64,000 nt of DNA from Spirochaetia bacterium (GCA_963668315.1 OY764216.1:160001-224000), one strand, 5' to 3'; shown: positions 49,058-59,318, counted from the first letter of the stretch. A program made the numbers and translations. Notes: generated from the letters alone by a model not told the origin.

Positions 49058-51090
49058 CCGCTTCCGATCAGTTCATGGACGATCCGGCTTATCTCGATAT
49101 CCCTGAAAGGCTTTTTCAGAAATCCGGACAGATTTACATCATGGAGGATCTCTTCATTGCTATCCTTTGAAAAACCGGAGGACAGAAGAATGGGGAGATC
49201 CCTCCTGATCGCTTTAATCTCGGCCGCGGTCTCCCTTCCGTTCATGCCGGTCATCGTCATATCCATAATAACCAGATCGAAGTAATTTTTATTCTCCCTT
49301 ATAATCTCCAGAGCTTCCAGCCCGTCGCCGGCGGGAGTCACCTTATAGCCCAGATTCGTCAATAGGGACTCGGTCGTGATCCTTACGAGATATTCATCAT
49401 CCACCAGCAGAATGCGGCCCGAACCGGTCTGCAGCTTATCCTCCCCTACATTGGAAATCCCGTTCCGGACACAGGGAATGTAGATATGAAAGATGGTGCC
49501 CACATACTCCTCGCTGTATACATGGATGGCCCCTCCGTGATGCTCGATAATACCGAAAGAGCTGGACAGACCGAGCCCGGCCCCCTTCCCGAACTCTTTG
49601 GTCGTGAAAAAGGGATCAAAAATTCTGTGAAGCTTATCCCGGGGAATCCCCACGCCGCTGTCTTCGATCTCTATCTTGCAGTACTCTCCGGGATGAAGAT
49701 CGTGGGGACAGAGAGCGCAGTACTGTTCGTTCAGGTGAATATTCTGCAGGCGGTAGGTCAGGGTCCCCCCGTCGGGCATAGCCTGGTTGGCGTTAATACC
49801 CATATTGAGAAAAATTCTCTGCAGCCCCCCCCGGTCTCCTTTGACATAGGGATTCCATGATTCGTTGGTGAATTGAAGGCTTATTTTCTTATTAACCGAT
49901 CTTTTCAGTATGGTAATCGTGCTCTCCAGTATCTCTCCCAGATCCAGAATCTTCATAACCGGACTTTCCACCCTGCTGAAATCCAGAAGTTTCCTTGTCA
50001 GGTCGGCGGCATGGTCGGACGCCTCCAGTATCATATTGGAATAGTCGACAATATTATCCTGATTTTCCGGATCCTCAAGAATGATCAGCTGTGCCGCATT
50101 CATGATGCTCGTCAGAAGATTATTGAAATCATGGGCGATTCCCCCGGCGAGCAGCCCCAGTGATTCCATTCGCTGCTTATGCTGCATCTCATTCTGAAGC
50201 CGGCGCAGGTCGGTGATATTGCCGGCATAAAGGTTCAGGTAGTCCTTGTCGTAAATATAGACAAGGGCGATCCGGTAGATCTTCTCCCCCACATCTTCCT
50301 CGATATACTTTATACTCTTCTCTTCTATCGCCTGGCGGGCTGTCGCGGCAATGTGATCGGGTATCTTATTTCCTATGGCGGACTGCCATTTCCTCAAGAG
50401 CGAGAGGGAAGCGGAATTGGCGATTGTGATAGTCATGGAATAGCTGATGCGCATGACAGGATCGGGATTCTCCCGCATAAACCGGGAGAGGTTCTCTATG
50501 AGTTCATTGGTTCTTCTTATCCGGTAATAGTGATAGAAGGAGTAGCAGATAACGGTGAGGAAGATAAGGGCGATAAAATAGTTCCTCACCTTCCTCAAAT
50601 GAGCTTTTCTGCGGGTCAAATCGCGGGAGAGGGATTCATAATCCCCAAGCAAGGCCGCCTCCCGGGATTTCAGCTTAGCGATAACCGCTTCCCGTGCCGC
50701 CCCGTAGTCCGCGAAACCGGCGGACATAATCCCGTCGGTAAGCTCCTTGAGCTTTACCGCATAGGGGGAAAGCCCTTTTCCCTCTCCTCCCGATTCATGA
50801 TCTCTCCCCAAGGGATTAAACAGAAAAAACGGCAAATCGCTGTCAATAATCTCCAGGTACTCACTGGCGGAGCAGCCGGCTCTCAGTTCATCATCCCACG
50901 TCCCCTCCATCGGGGCGATCTCCATTCTCAGCCATGACTGAACCAAGTCCTGGTTTGCTCGGCCCAGCATTTCAATTCTCAGGATAGAGGCATTCAGGGA
51001 GAAAATGGTGATAATCACCGAGATGCAGAAAAGCCCCACTGCCCCATTCAGAAAGAGAGAGAGATTGATCCTTTCCTTCTCCGCAGACAT
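49054..51090 (-). CDS. Membrane-bound hybrid histidine kinase
   Basis: Two TM segments, LAGGIAHDFNN, FFTTK..GKGAGLGL, C-terminal REC. Confidence 0.9.
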   Translation of the reverse strand: MSAEKERINLSLFLNGAVGLFCISVIITIFSLNASILRIEMLGRANQDLVQSWLRMEIAPMEGTWDDELRAGCSASEYLEIIDSDLPFFLFNPLGRDHESGGEGKGLSPYAVKLKELTDGIMSAGFADYGAAREAVIAKLKSREAALLGDYESLSRDLTRRKAHLRKVRNYFIALIFLTVICYSFYHYYRIRRTNELIENLSRFMRENPDPVMRISYSMTITIANSASLSLLRKWQSAIGNKIPDHIAATARQAIEEKSIKYIEEDVGEKIYRIALVYIYDKDYLNLYAGNITDLRRLQNEMQHKQRMESLGLLAGGIAHDFNNLLTSIMNAAQLIILEDPENQDNIVDYSNMILEASDHAADLTRKLLDFSRVESPVMKILDLGEILESTITILKRSVNKKISLQFTNESWNPYVKGDRGGLQRIFLNMGINANQAMPDGGTLTYRLQNIHLNEQYCALCPHDLHPGEYCKIEIEDSGVGIPRDKLHRIFDPFFTTKEFGKGAGLGLSSSFGIIEHHGGAIHVYSEEYVGTIFHIYIPCVRNGISNVGEDKLQTGSGRILLVDDEYLVRITTESLLTNLGYKVTPAGDGLEALEIIRENKNYFDLVIMDMTMTGMNGRETAAEIKAIRRDLPILLSSGFSKDSNEEILHDVNLSGFLKKPFRDIEISRIVHELIGSG

Positions 51091-51310
51091 AGAAGACCCC
51101 GCTAATCAGCGTCAAAGTCACAGGAACACAACAGTCCCCATTCAAACTACTTGATAGGACCATGCGTTTCATTTCTTAATTTCCCGGATTTTTTACATTG
51201 ATGAAACAGAAGGAGAACGGCTTTTTAAATTATCCCCCATTTTTAGGCAGAAATCAACTTCCCCGACAGAATTCTCCTCAGGAACATCCTAAATCGTGTA
51301 TAATATGTCC

Positions 51311-52522
51311 ATGGAAGGAAGAAAAATCAGAGAGTCGGGCTTCAGAGAAGCCGTGCTAATGGATAACGATCAGATCCGCGTCGTCATCGATGCCGAAAAG
51401 GGCATGGTTCCCGAGTTGAGCATGCCCCGGGGAACAGGCCGTCTCAACGCCCATTGGCAGCCCTGGTTCAGAGCCAATTCGGGAGACCCCTGGGATGAAG
51501 CGAAACATGCCCCCTTCTGGGGAGCTCCCCTTCTCTACGACATAGGGGGCAATTTCCCCTGCGTTCCCAACTTCGGCCCGGGCAACAGAGCCGGCAGTTA
51601 CGACCTGCCCCCCCACGGCCATACGGCCCGGCTCGCCTGGAGCCAGGAGCCCCCGGCAGTCACCGATGATGAAATCAGCCTTGTCAGCACCCTGGAACCC
51701 GGGGATCACCCTTTCCGCTATACCAAAAAAGATCTTCTGATCAAAAACCATCCCGTTCACTACACCGCCCTGACCATAGAAAATCGGGGAGATGCTCCCC
51801 TGCCCTACAACTGCGGATGGCACAATACGGTGGGGGCCCCTTTTCTGGAAACGGGCTGCCTGATTGACAATAACGCCCGTGCCTTCGCCGTACCGGACAG
51901 GGGAACGGAATTCGATGAAACGGGCCGGCTCGCCTTCGGAGGTGAATCGGATTCTATGGAGCGCATGCCGACCCGGGACGGGGGTTATGCCGATATGCAT
52001 CGGGTGGAAGGAATCACCGGCTATACCGATTTTATTACCGGGGCGGTACCGGCAGATTCTCCTCTCGGATGGAGCAGCCTGGTCAATCCACGACTCAGGG
52101 CCGTCTATCTGACGTTCTTTACCGGTCCCGCCTCAATAGGGGAGGAGGAGATTCCCCTTTACTTTTATGACTACTGGCTGAACTATGGCGGCCGCTCCTA
52201 TACGCCCTGGGCGGCGGAGAAGGGACTGACCGACCAGACATTCTGCCTGGGAACGGAGAACAGCACAGGCTGCTTTGCCAACGGATTATCCCATTGCCTG
52301 AAGTCACCCGCGCTTCTGGGACATCCCACGTACCTGACTCTGAGAGGAAAGGAAAAGAAAACCCTTTACTACGGAACCCTGTTCGCATCCTATGATACGG
52401 ACGTACTTGACAGGGGCGTGGCCGATGTGACCTCCGACGGGAGAGACCTTCTGATCAGGGGAAAATCAGGAGGTACCCTGGCGATATCGTGCGATACGCC
52501 CTTCTCCCGTCTGGGCCGTTAA
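51311..52522 (+). CDS. Hypothetical protein, galactose-mutarotase/aldose-epimerase-like fold
   Basis: LPPHG, GWHNTVGAPFL and CLGTEN resemble mutarotase-fold motifs. Start placed at MEGRK. Confidence 0.6.
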   Translation: MEGRKIRESGFREAVLMDNDQIRVVIDAEKGMVPELSMPRGTGRLNAHWQPWFRANSGDPWDEAKHAPFWGAPLLYDIGGNFPCVPNFGPGNRAGSYDLPPHGHTARLAWSQEPPAVTDDEISLVSTLEPGDHPFRYTKKDLLIKNHPVHYTALTIENRGDAPLPYNCGWHNTVGAPFLETGCLIDNNARAFAVPDRGTEFDETGRLAFGGESDSMERMPTRDGGYADMHRVEGITGYTDFITGAVPADSPLGWSSLVNPRLRAVYLTFFTGPASIGEEEIPLYFYDYWLNYGGRSYTPWAAEKGLTDQTFCLGTENSTGCFANGLSHCLKSPALLGHPTYLTLRGKEKKTLYYGTLFASYDTDVLDRGVADVTSDGRDLLIRGKSGGTLAISCDTPFSRLGR

Positions 52523-54537
52523 AATATGTCGTCTCCTATGTACAGAACATAACCGTTCAAATCGATATTCTCCCCGCCTCCCGCAAGGGAGGAGATATGG
52601 GAATCGCCCGTTAAAATCCAGCGGCTGCTCCCATCCAGAGAGACGGATACTATCCCATCCTCCCCTTCTCCGTTCACAACTCCCCGGAAGATGGTTCCTT
52701 CGGAAAGGACCATCTCCAGAGTGGAAATTCCGTCGACCATAATGCTTCCGCCCATAGGCTGATCAACAGCGAGGAGATGACAATCCCCGCCGTTCTCTCC
52801 GGCGACACCCCAGCCGTTACGGGCATCATTGCCGGCAACCTTGAGAAGAACATCATCGGACAGAGTAAGCTCCACATTCTCCAGGGTGATATCGCACGCC
52901 GTATTGGTTACGTAGATCATATCACCGTTGTGAGACGTCAGGCTGCCTCCCTTCATAGTAAATGAGCTGCGTCCCGTCTCCGCATCGCCGGACATACTCT
53001 GATAAATCATGACGTTCTGATAATTTTCCACGTTCTGCTTCTGCATATTCCCCTGGGCATCACAATCGATTACCCTCAGGGAATTCTTTCCTTCCACCAC
53101 AAAAGCTTCCGATGATGTCGCCGTCAAATCGGCCCCTTCCACGGTAATAGCGGCGGTACAGTAAACGGCGGGAGAACCTTCGCCATGAGCCTTATAAGTT
53201 CCCTCTTTTACGGTCAGCGTTCCGCCTCCCCGATCCGTACGAAGCGCGGCGGAGGAGCGGCCCTGTGTCTCCACATCGCAGTTATCCACCGTCATGGCTC
53301 CGCCGCCGGTTACCATGACACCCCCCGAATTATTCCCGCTCGTCCTGATGACAGACTGAGTCAGGGTCACATCCGTGCCTTCCCCGTAGGAGAAAACGCC
53401 GTTTCCCCCGTCGGCCGTACTATCAACAGTAATATGACTCAAGGTCACCCCGGCCCCGTTCAAAGCCAGAAAAGCGGCATTACTCCCGTAGAAATTGCTC
53501 GAATCTCCCGCGGCTGCGTCTCCCCCGTTTTTTTCAATGGTTATATCCTTAAGAAGCAGCCCGGTTTCACCATCCACACGGACCGCATTTTCCTGATCTC
53601 CCGCTGAAATGAAAACTTCTCCGGTAATATCGGTATCCGCCGTATACGCGGCCGATCCATGATCCACGCCGTTCCCGGAACCGCCGGGACCGCCCATCAT
53701 GCCGGGAGCTCCCCCCGGGCCGCCGCCGGGGCCGCCAATCATGCCGGGGCCTCCCCCGATAAAGGAGAGCTTGTAGAGAATAGAAACAATCTCTGTCCGG
53801 GTCATCTCCCGGTCCGGAGAAAAGAGCCCCTCTCCGTCAGGCTCAAAGAATCCCATACGGCTTAAGGTTCCCACGGCCGTCTGCCCCTCTTCACTCATGG
53901 TATCTCCATCGGTATAAGCCGAAACATCATGGGAAACCATTTCACCGGGCATTCCATTGGCAAGCTCGCTGCGATAAATCCACAACGCCGCCTGTTCCCT
54001 GGTCACCCCTTCATCGGCGGTAAAGTACTTGGTATCCTCAAACACACCGGAGGCTTTTCCCCTCATGACCGCCTGATAATAATACTCAGTTGTCGGAACA
54101 TCCCCGTAACTGAATCCTTCGGCGGGATACCGGTATTTGCCGTAAAGCATGAAGGCCAATTCCCCTCTCGTCAGAATATCCTCAGGGCGGAAAAGGCCGG
54201 AGCCATCGGGATCGGCAAGCAGTCCCTTTTCATAAAGGTAATCCACATAGGCATTGATAGAGACGGTGGATTCATCCAGATCACCGAAATGTACCGAGTG
54301 GCTCTGCCGTTCCAGATCGGCGGCATCCATTCCCATAGGCATGCCCTGGGGAGGGTTTCCCCGGGGGGGAGCGCCTTCCGGCCGGCCCATCGGTCCGTTC
54401 CCGGGACCGGGAGTCACGTCTGTACTGTTGACAGAACCGGTACTATCCTCGGATTTTCCACTGGCCGTCAGAGGGAAAATCGCCGAAAAAGTCAGTAAGA
54501 ACAGGATCAGTCCCTTATAGGTACGGGAACTATTCAT
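52519..54537 (-). CDS. Secreted protein with three SLH domains and a C-terminal beta-helix domain
   Basis: Signal peptide; FRPEDILTRGE, GVTREQ and FSPDREMTRTE SLH motifs; Gly/Pro/Met linkers; NFYGSNAAFLA, RTDRGGG and NVMIYQSMSGDA beta-helix motifs. Confidence 0.8.
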   Translation of the reverse strand: MNSSRTYKGLILFLLTFSAIFPLTASGKSEDSTGSVNSTDVTPGPGNGPMGRPEGAPPRGNPPQGMPMGMDAADLERQSHSVHFGDLDESTVSINAYVDYLYEKGLLADPDGSGLFRPEDILTRGELAFMLYGKYRYPAEGFSYGDVPTTEYYYQAVMRGKASGVFEDTKYFTADEGVTREQAALWIYRSELANGMPGEMVSHDVSAYTDGDTMSEEGQTAVGTLSRMGFFEPDGEGLFSPDREMTRTEIVSILYKLSFIGGGPGMIGGPGGGPGGAPGMMGGPGGSGNGVDHGSAAYTADTDITGEVFISAGDQENAVRVDGETGLLLKDITIEKNGGDAAAGDSSNFYGSNAAFLALNGAGVTLSHITVDSTADGGNGVFSYGEGTDVTLTQSVIRTSGNNSGGVMVTGGGAMTVDNCDVETQGRSSAALRTDRGGGTLTVKEGTYKAHGEGSPAVYCTAAITVEGADLTATSSEAFVVEGKNSLRVIDCDAQGNMQKQNVENYQNVMIYQSMSGDAETGRSSFTMKGGSLTSHNGDMIYVTNTACDITLENVELTLSDDVLLKVAGNDARNGWGVAGENGGDCHLLAVDQPMGGSIMVDGISTLEMVLSEGTIFRGVVNGEGEDGIVSVSLDGSSRWILTGDSHISSLAGGGENIDLNGYVLYIGDDIF

Positions 54538-54677
54538 ATGTTTATAACCTCGCTTCTGAATTCATTAGTCTTGCGTTTATAAGATAGGGAAACAAGGGGG
54601 ACAGAGGATTAATACAAAGTTAAAGAAATGTAAAAAATGTCAAATGTCCCTCTTCGTGCTCCCGAAGATCAGGCCGG

Positions 54678-56354
54678 TCACCGGATATTATGATCATTCC
54701 CCCCGGAACCAACCGTCGTAACCGCAGAATTCACAGTAAAATCGTCCTGTTCGGAGCCATCTGAATAGGCAAGATTCTCCAGACACAGCCCATAAAAATC
54801 ATTATCGCCGCTGCCGGTGCCCCCGGTGTAGACGATATATGTCGATCCCGTTTCAATTCCGGGAGAGGAGAGAATCATCTTGCTGTAATCGGAGGGGATG
54901 GAATAGACAAATACCCTATCTCCCCCGCTCGAAACTATTCCCAGAACATCATCAGCCGCACCGCTGCCCAGGAGTACCACATTCTGGGTACAGGAAGAAG
55001 ACGTCGGTGTACTGTACGATCCGCCTATTCCTACAAATGTCCCGCCCGAAACAGCAAAGGTATTCTGATCACAGTCAAAGGACCCCTCCGGAGACGATGC
55101 GCCGACGGCAACAATCACCCCTCCGTTAATCGTCAAAGTCCCGTTGGAATCGACCGCATCATTCTCCGAACTGACGGCATAGATATATCCATCATTGATT
55201 TCGATGGACTCCCCCGCGTTAAGGCAGTCGTCGGCCGTCCGGATGGTAAGGTAACCATCATTAATCTCCACAAAGGATTTTCCTTCGATCCCCTCAGGGC
55301 TGCAGCTTTCTCCTGTGGAGTACTCATAGGGCGTCCCGGTGGTGACAACCGAGATGATGCCGTTATTTATCTGCACATAAGGATCGGGATCATCGGCAGT
55401 ATCAGCGGTCTCGCAGTCATCTTCCACATCCCAGGAAGCGGTCATTCCCTTACTGACCGATGTGATATCCAGAGTTCCCCCGTTGATAACGATAAAACCT
55501 TCTCCCGGATTATCCTCGGACCCTTCCACTTTAATGCCTTTGCTCTCGTCATCGGACACATTGCCGACAGCATTGATGGCCAGAGTCCCGTCGTCAAAGA
55601 TGAAACCGTTTTTCGAGCGGATCCCATCCCGCGCCGTTACGTTGACATTCAGAGTTCCTTCCCTGATGCGGATATAATCCTTTGAGTAAATCCCATGCTT
55701 ATAGCCGCCCTCGACAGTCAGCTCTCCCCCTCCCGAAAAAACAAGAGGACCTGCTCCGTATAAGGAAGCTTTCATATCCATTTCATCAGATCTGTCTTCG
55801 TCATCGGACAGAACATTCTCCGAACCGTCGGCAGTCACAATGAACGTCTTCTCAGAAGAGGCAATATCCAGAGCGGGTCCGGAGAGGCCGTTGATCGTCA
55901 CGTCCTTCAGATATAGTTCGCAGGGAGTATCACTTTCAATGATCAGCGAATCATCCAGTGTTCCCGTCAAGGTATACCGAATCCTTCCGGAAACGGATGA
56001 AGCAACGTCCACACCGTTATCCGTCCAGGACACCGTCAGGGTACCTGCCTCATCGGTCAGAAGGGAAACAACCGCAGAACTCAATGCCTGGGGCTGGCCG
56101 GAATCAATCTGCACAGATCCATTCGTAAAATCCAGCATGACATCATAATCAAAGCTGATATTGGATACGATATCAGCCTCATCATAGGTATCAGCCTCTT
56201 CCGCTACGGACACCGCATAGATCTGGGTATCGATGGTGCTGCTTCCGCCGCTTCCCGAATCGTTCCCCGCGGAAGAGGAATAATCCCCCGCCGTACACCC
56301 GGTCAGAAAACAGTATGCCAGAATCATGGGAATGGATATTGGTAGATTTTTCAT
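54678..56354 (-). CDS. Lipoprotein with Cthe_2159/DUF4353-type carbohydrate-binding beta-helix
   Basis: LTGC lipobox; KHGIYSKDYI, DGIRS, EGIEG, DDCLNAG, DAVDSNG and FDCD repeats. Confidence 0.82.
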   Translation of the reverse strand: MKNLPISIPMILAYCFLTGCTAGDYSSSAGNDSGSGGSSTIDTQIYAVSVAEEADTYDEADIVSNISFDYDVMLDFTNGSVQIDSGQPQALSSAVVSLLTDEAGTLTVSWTDNGVDVASSVSGRIRYTLTGTLDDSLIIESDTPCELYLKDVTINGLSGPALDIASSEKTFIVTADGSENVLSDDEDRSDEMDMKASLYGAGPLVFSGGGELTVEGGYKHGIYSKDYIRIREGTLNVNVTARDGIRSKNGFIFDDGTLAINAVGNVSDDESKGIKVEGSEDNPGEGFIVINGGTLDITSVSKGMTASWDVEDDCETADTADDPDPYVQINNGIISVVTTGTPYEYSTGESCSPEGIEGKSFVEINDGYLTIRTADDCLNAGESIEINDGYIYAVSSENDAVDSNGTLTINGGVIVAVGASSPEGSFDCDQNTFAVSGGTFVGIGGSYSTPTSSSCTQNVVLLGSGAADDVLGIVSSGGDRVFVYSIPSDYSKMILSSPGIETGSTYIVYTGGTGSGDNDFYGLCLENLAYSDGSEQDDFTVNSAVTTVGSGGNDHNIR

Positions 56355-56440
56355 TATATTCCTCCGGAAGAAGAATATAACCCGCCTGTGTGTCCGGCGG
56401 GTGAACAAGGGGGGAATTGTGGGAAAACTGTCAGCCCCTA

Positions 56441-58120
56441 TTATCCGAGCTTCTTGAAGAGGTCCTCTGCCCGCTTAATAGCCTGATAGGTCGACTGGTG
56501 GAGCTGCATGCCGGAGAAGAACAGATCCTCGTCTTTGACGCCTTCCAGAAGACCGGACTCGATAAGGATCTCGCCCATGCCCTGGGAAATCCCGCAGAAC
56601 AGGACATGCCCTCCCCGGGCCCGGATTCCCTTCAGAAAGCGCCTCAGGACCTCCACGCAGGTCAGGTCGATGCTGCTCACCCTTTTAAACCGAATGACGA
56701 AGACCCGGCTTTTTTCGGAAAGGCGGCTCAGCTTCATCTCCAGATCCCCGGAGTTGCCGAAGAAGAGGATTCCCTCCAGCTGAACCACAAGGTAGGGTTC
56801 ATAAGACCGGGCATCCCTCAGCCTCTTCTCCTCGAGATTTCCTTCCTTCTCCTTCAGAATCCTGACCTGAGCTTCGCTGGAGCTCCGGAAATAGACGATA
56901 AAAGAGCTGATAACTCCCAGATAGATAGCCCAGTTGAGGCTGGGAAGGAAGATCGTCCCCAGCAGAGTGACAATCGCGACAATTCCCTCTGCCCGGGAAA
57001 GGGCGAAGGCTTTCTTCACCTCTTTGACTTTAAGCAGATTAATAGCGGTCATCATAATCAGAGTCGCCAGGGTGGCCGATGGGATCCAACGGGCGAAACG
57101 TCCGAAGAAAAGAAAAATCAGAGCCGTGAAAACACCTATGAGAATGCCGCTTATCCGGCTTTTGGCTCCCGAATAGTAATTCAGAAAACTCTGGGTGAAA
57201 GATCCCCCCGCGGGAAGGCACTGGAACTGGGCTCCCGCCATATTCAAAATCCCCTGGGAGATAAATTCTCTGTTGGCATTGATTTTATCTCCCGATTCCT
57301 GGGCCAGGGAGCGGGCAATGGAGGAGGATTGAACAAGGCCGATGATCGCAACAGCCAGAGCATCGGAAGAAACATGTCCCATAAGCTTAAGGCTCAGGGG
57401 GATCGGACGGAAAGCGGGAAGCCCCTGGGGTATATCCCCTGTCAGAGAGACGCCCCTTCCCTCCAGAGAAAAGAGGGCGCATAATCCCCCGGTTATCAGT
57501 ATGGCGATAAGAGGACCGGGAAGAAGCTTATTGATACGCCGGGCGATAAAAACGACGGCGAGGGTCAGCAGGGTCAGTCCCAGGGCATAGGGATTCATCT
57601 CCCCCAGGTGGGTCAGGGTGAAATAAACTTTATCCACCGGCGAGTGATTTCCCTCGGGCAGGGCCATCCCCAGAATCTTATAGAACTGCCCCATGGCGAT
57701 AAGGAGACCGGCGCCGGTCATGAAGCCCACCATGACGGAGTGGGAGATATAATTAACCACTTGCCCCAGCCGCAGAAGACCGCTCAGAGCCTGAATGCAC
57801 CCGGCGGTGAACGTAATGAGAAAAAGCATCGAAAGGGGGTCATCCACCCCGGCATGGGCCGCGAGGATACCCGCGGTCAGCACGCAGAGGGCATTGGTCG
57901 GACCGTTATACATGTAATTGGAGCTTCCCAGGAGGGAACCGAGAATCACGGGGATGATAGCCGTATACAAGCCGTAGACCGGATTGAGTCCGGCTATCAT
58001 GGCAAAAGCCATGGACTGGGGAATGGCCACAACCGCGACGGTAATCGCCGCTTTGGCGTCCTCCCCCAGCAGAAGGGTGCTGTAATTCTGAAGATGAAAA
58101 AACTTCAATACCCTGTTCAT
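56441..58120 (-). CDS. SulP family anion permease with STAS domain
   Basis: AIPQSMAFAMIAGLNPVYGLY, GPTNA, NREFISQG and LFFGN...ID motifs. Confidence 0.92.
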   Translation of the reverse strand: MNRVLKFFHLQNYSTLLLGEDAKAAITVAVVAIPQSMAFAMIAGLNPVYGLYTAIIPVILGSLLGSSNYMYNGPTNALCVLTAGILAAHAGVDDPLSMLFLITFTAGCIQALSGLLRLGQVVNYISHSVMVGFMTGAGLLIAMGQFYKILGMALPEGNHSPVDKVYFTLTHLGEMNPYALGLTLLTLAVVFIARRINKLLPGPLIAILITGGLCALFSLEGRGVSLTGDIPQGLPAFRPIPLSLKLMGHVSSDALAVAIIGLVQSSSIARSLAQESGDKINANREFISQGILNMAGAQFQCLPAGGSFTQSFLNYYSGAKSRISGILIGVFTALIFLFFGRFARWIPSATLATLIMMTAINLLKVKEVKKAFALSRAEGIVAIVTLLGTIFLPSLNWAIYLGVISSFIVYFRSSSEAQVRILKEKEGNLEEKRLRDARSYEPYLVVQLEGILFFGNSGDLEMKLSRLSEKSRVFVIRFKRVSSIDLTCVEVLRRFLKGIRARGGHVLFCGISQGMGEILIESGLLEGVKDEDLFFSGMQLHQSTYQAIKRAEDLFKKLG

Positions 58121-58154
58121 ATCGTCTTAGTATAGATCGTATGACAAAGGGAGA

Positions 58155-58430
58155 TCAAGAACGGATTTTCAATGCTTTCTGATGCAGAAGGGAATCGACA
58201 ACCTTTTTTCGGCCCGAAGCGAGGAGCCGCTGAACCGTTCCCCGGGAGATTCCCATCGCCTCGGCCGCCTCGATCTGGCTCAGACCGTCATAGTCGCAGA
58301 GGCGCAGGGCTTCGAACTCATCGAGCATAAGTTCCTCGATCTGCAGTTCGCAGGCGGGAATTCCGGAGGGCTTGAAAAAACGGCCCTCCTCTAAACGGCG
58401 GCAGTTTCTCTGTTTATGTCGTCGTGGCAT
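58155..58430 (-). CDS. DUF134 family putative DNA-binding protein
   Basis: MPR...CR...FKPSG...DEFEALRLCDYDGLSQIEAAEAMGISRGTVQR helix-turn-helix. Confidence 0.9.
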   Translation of the reverse strand: MPRRHKQRNCRRLEEGRFFKPSGIPACELQIEELMLDEFEALRLCDYDGLSQIEAAEAMGISRGTVQRLLASGRKKVVDSLLHQKALKIRS

Positions 58431-58433
58431 ACA

Positions 58434-59318
58434 CTAATGATTATAGGTGATTTTCTCTATCTTCTCAACCAGGTTCTCCCAGAACCGTACTTCGGGAAAA
58501 TCGGGCAGAGCCAGAGACGGGATCTCTCTTCTGTTGACCGCCCGCCTCACATCATCGGACAGGGGGATTTCGCCCAACAGGGGAATGTCATTCTCCCGGG
58601 CGAATTCCCGGATGGCTCCGCCCAGATCATGTTCCAGTCCGGCTTTATTTATCAGAACCGCCGTTCTCACACGGATTTTCCCCGCCGTTTCCCAGACCCT
58701 CTTCATATCGTGAAAACCGGAAAGTGTTGGTTCAGCCACAATCAGGGCCAGATCAGCCCCGGTGATGGAAGAGATGACATTGCAGGCCACCCCCGGAGGG
58801 CCGTCTATCAGTACCGTATTGCATCCGTCCGCCTCAGCCCTCTCCCTGGCTCGCTGCCGGACAAGAGAAACCAGCCGTCCGGACACCTCTTCCCCGGGGA
58901 CAAGGCGGGCATGTACCATGGGACCGTGGAGCGTCTCCGACTCATATAGATCCCCCGTCACCCACTCCTTGAGAGAGAGGGCATCCGCAGAACAGACGAG
59001 GGTACAGACCTTGCAGCCCTCACATTTCACCGGATCAATCTCTGCCTGACCACCTCTTAACTTTACGGCGGAAAAACGGCAGACCGAGAGACACGTCCCG
59101 CATCCGGTACATCTCGTCCCATCCGCGACCGCTTTACGGGAAGCCGAAACGGTTTCCTTCCTCGTGATCTGCGGCTCCAGAAGAATATCAAGATCGGGCG
59201 CATCCACATCGCAGTCAGCAAGAAGAGTATCCCTGAAATAGGGAATCAGAGAAGCGGTAACCGAGGTTTTTCCCGTTCCTCCCTTTCCGGAAATGACAAC
59301 AATCTCCCTAAGAGCCAT
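58434..59318 (-). CDS. MinD-superfamily P-loop ATPase with inserted 2x[4Fe-4S] ferredoxin domain
   Basis: SGKGGTGKTS, DCDVDAPDL, CTGCGTC...CEGCKVC and DGPPG motifs. Start placed at MALRE. Confidence 0.9.
   Translation of the reverse strand: MALREIVVISGKGGTGKTSVTASLIPYFRDTLLADCDVDAPDLDILLEPQITRKETVSASRKAVADGTRCTGCGTCLSVCRFSAVKLRGGQAEIDPVKCEGCKVCTLVCSADALSLKEWVTGDLYESETLHGPMVHARLVPGEEVSGRLVSLVRQRARERAEADGCNTVLIDGPPGVACNVISSITGADLALIVAEPTLSGFHDMKRVWETAGKIRVRTAVLINKAGLEHDLGGAIREFARENDIPLLGEIPLSDDVRRAVNRREIPSLALPDFPEVRFWENLVEKIEKITYNH

Noticed and set aside
53670..53765. GC-rich short repeats that could suggest a CRISPR array or VNTR
   Set aside because: They encode the Gly/Pro/Met linker of the SLH protein and have no repeat-spacer pattern. 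No cas genes are present.
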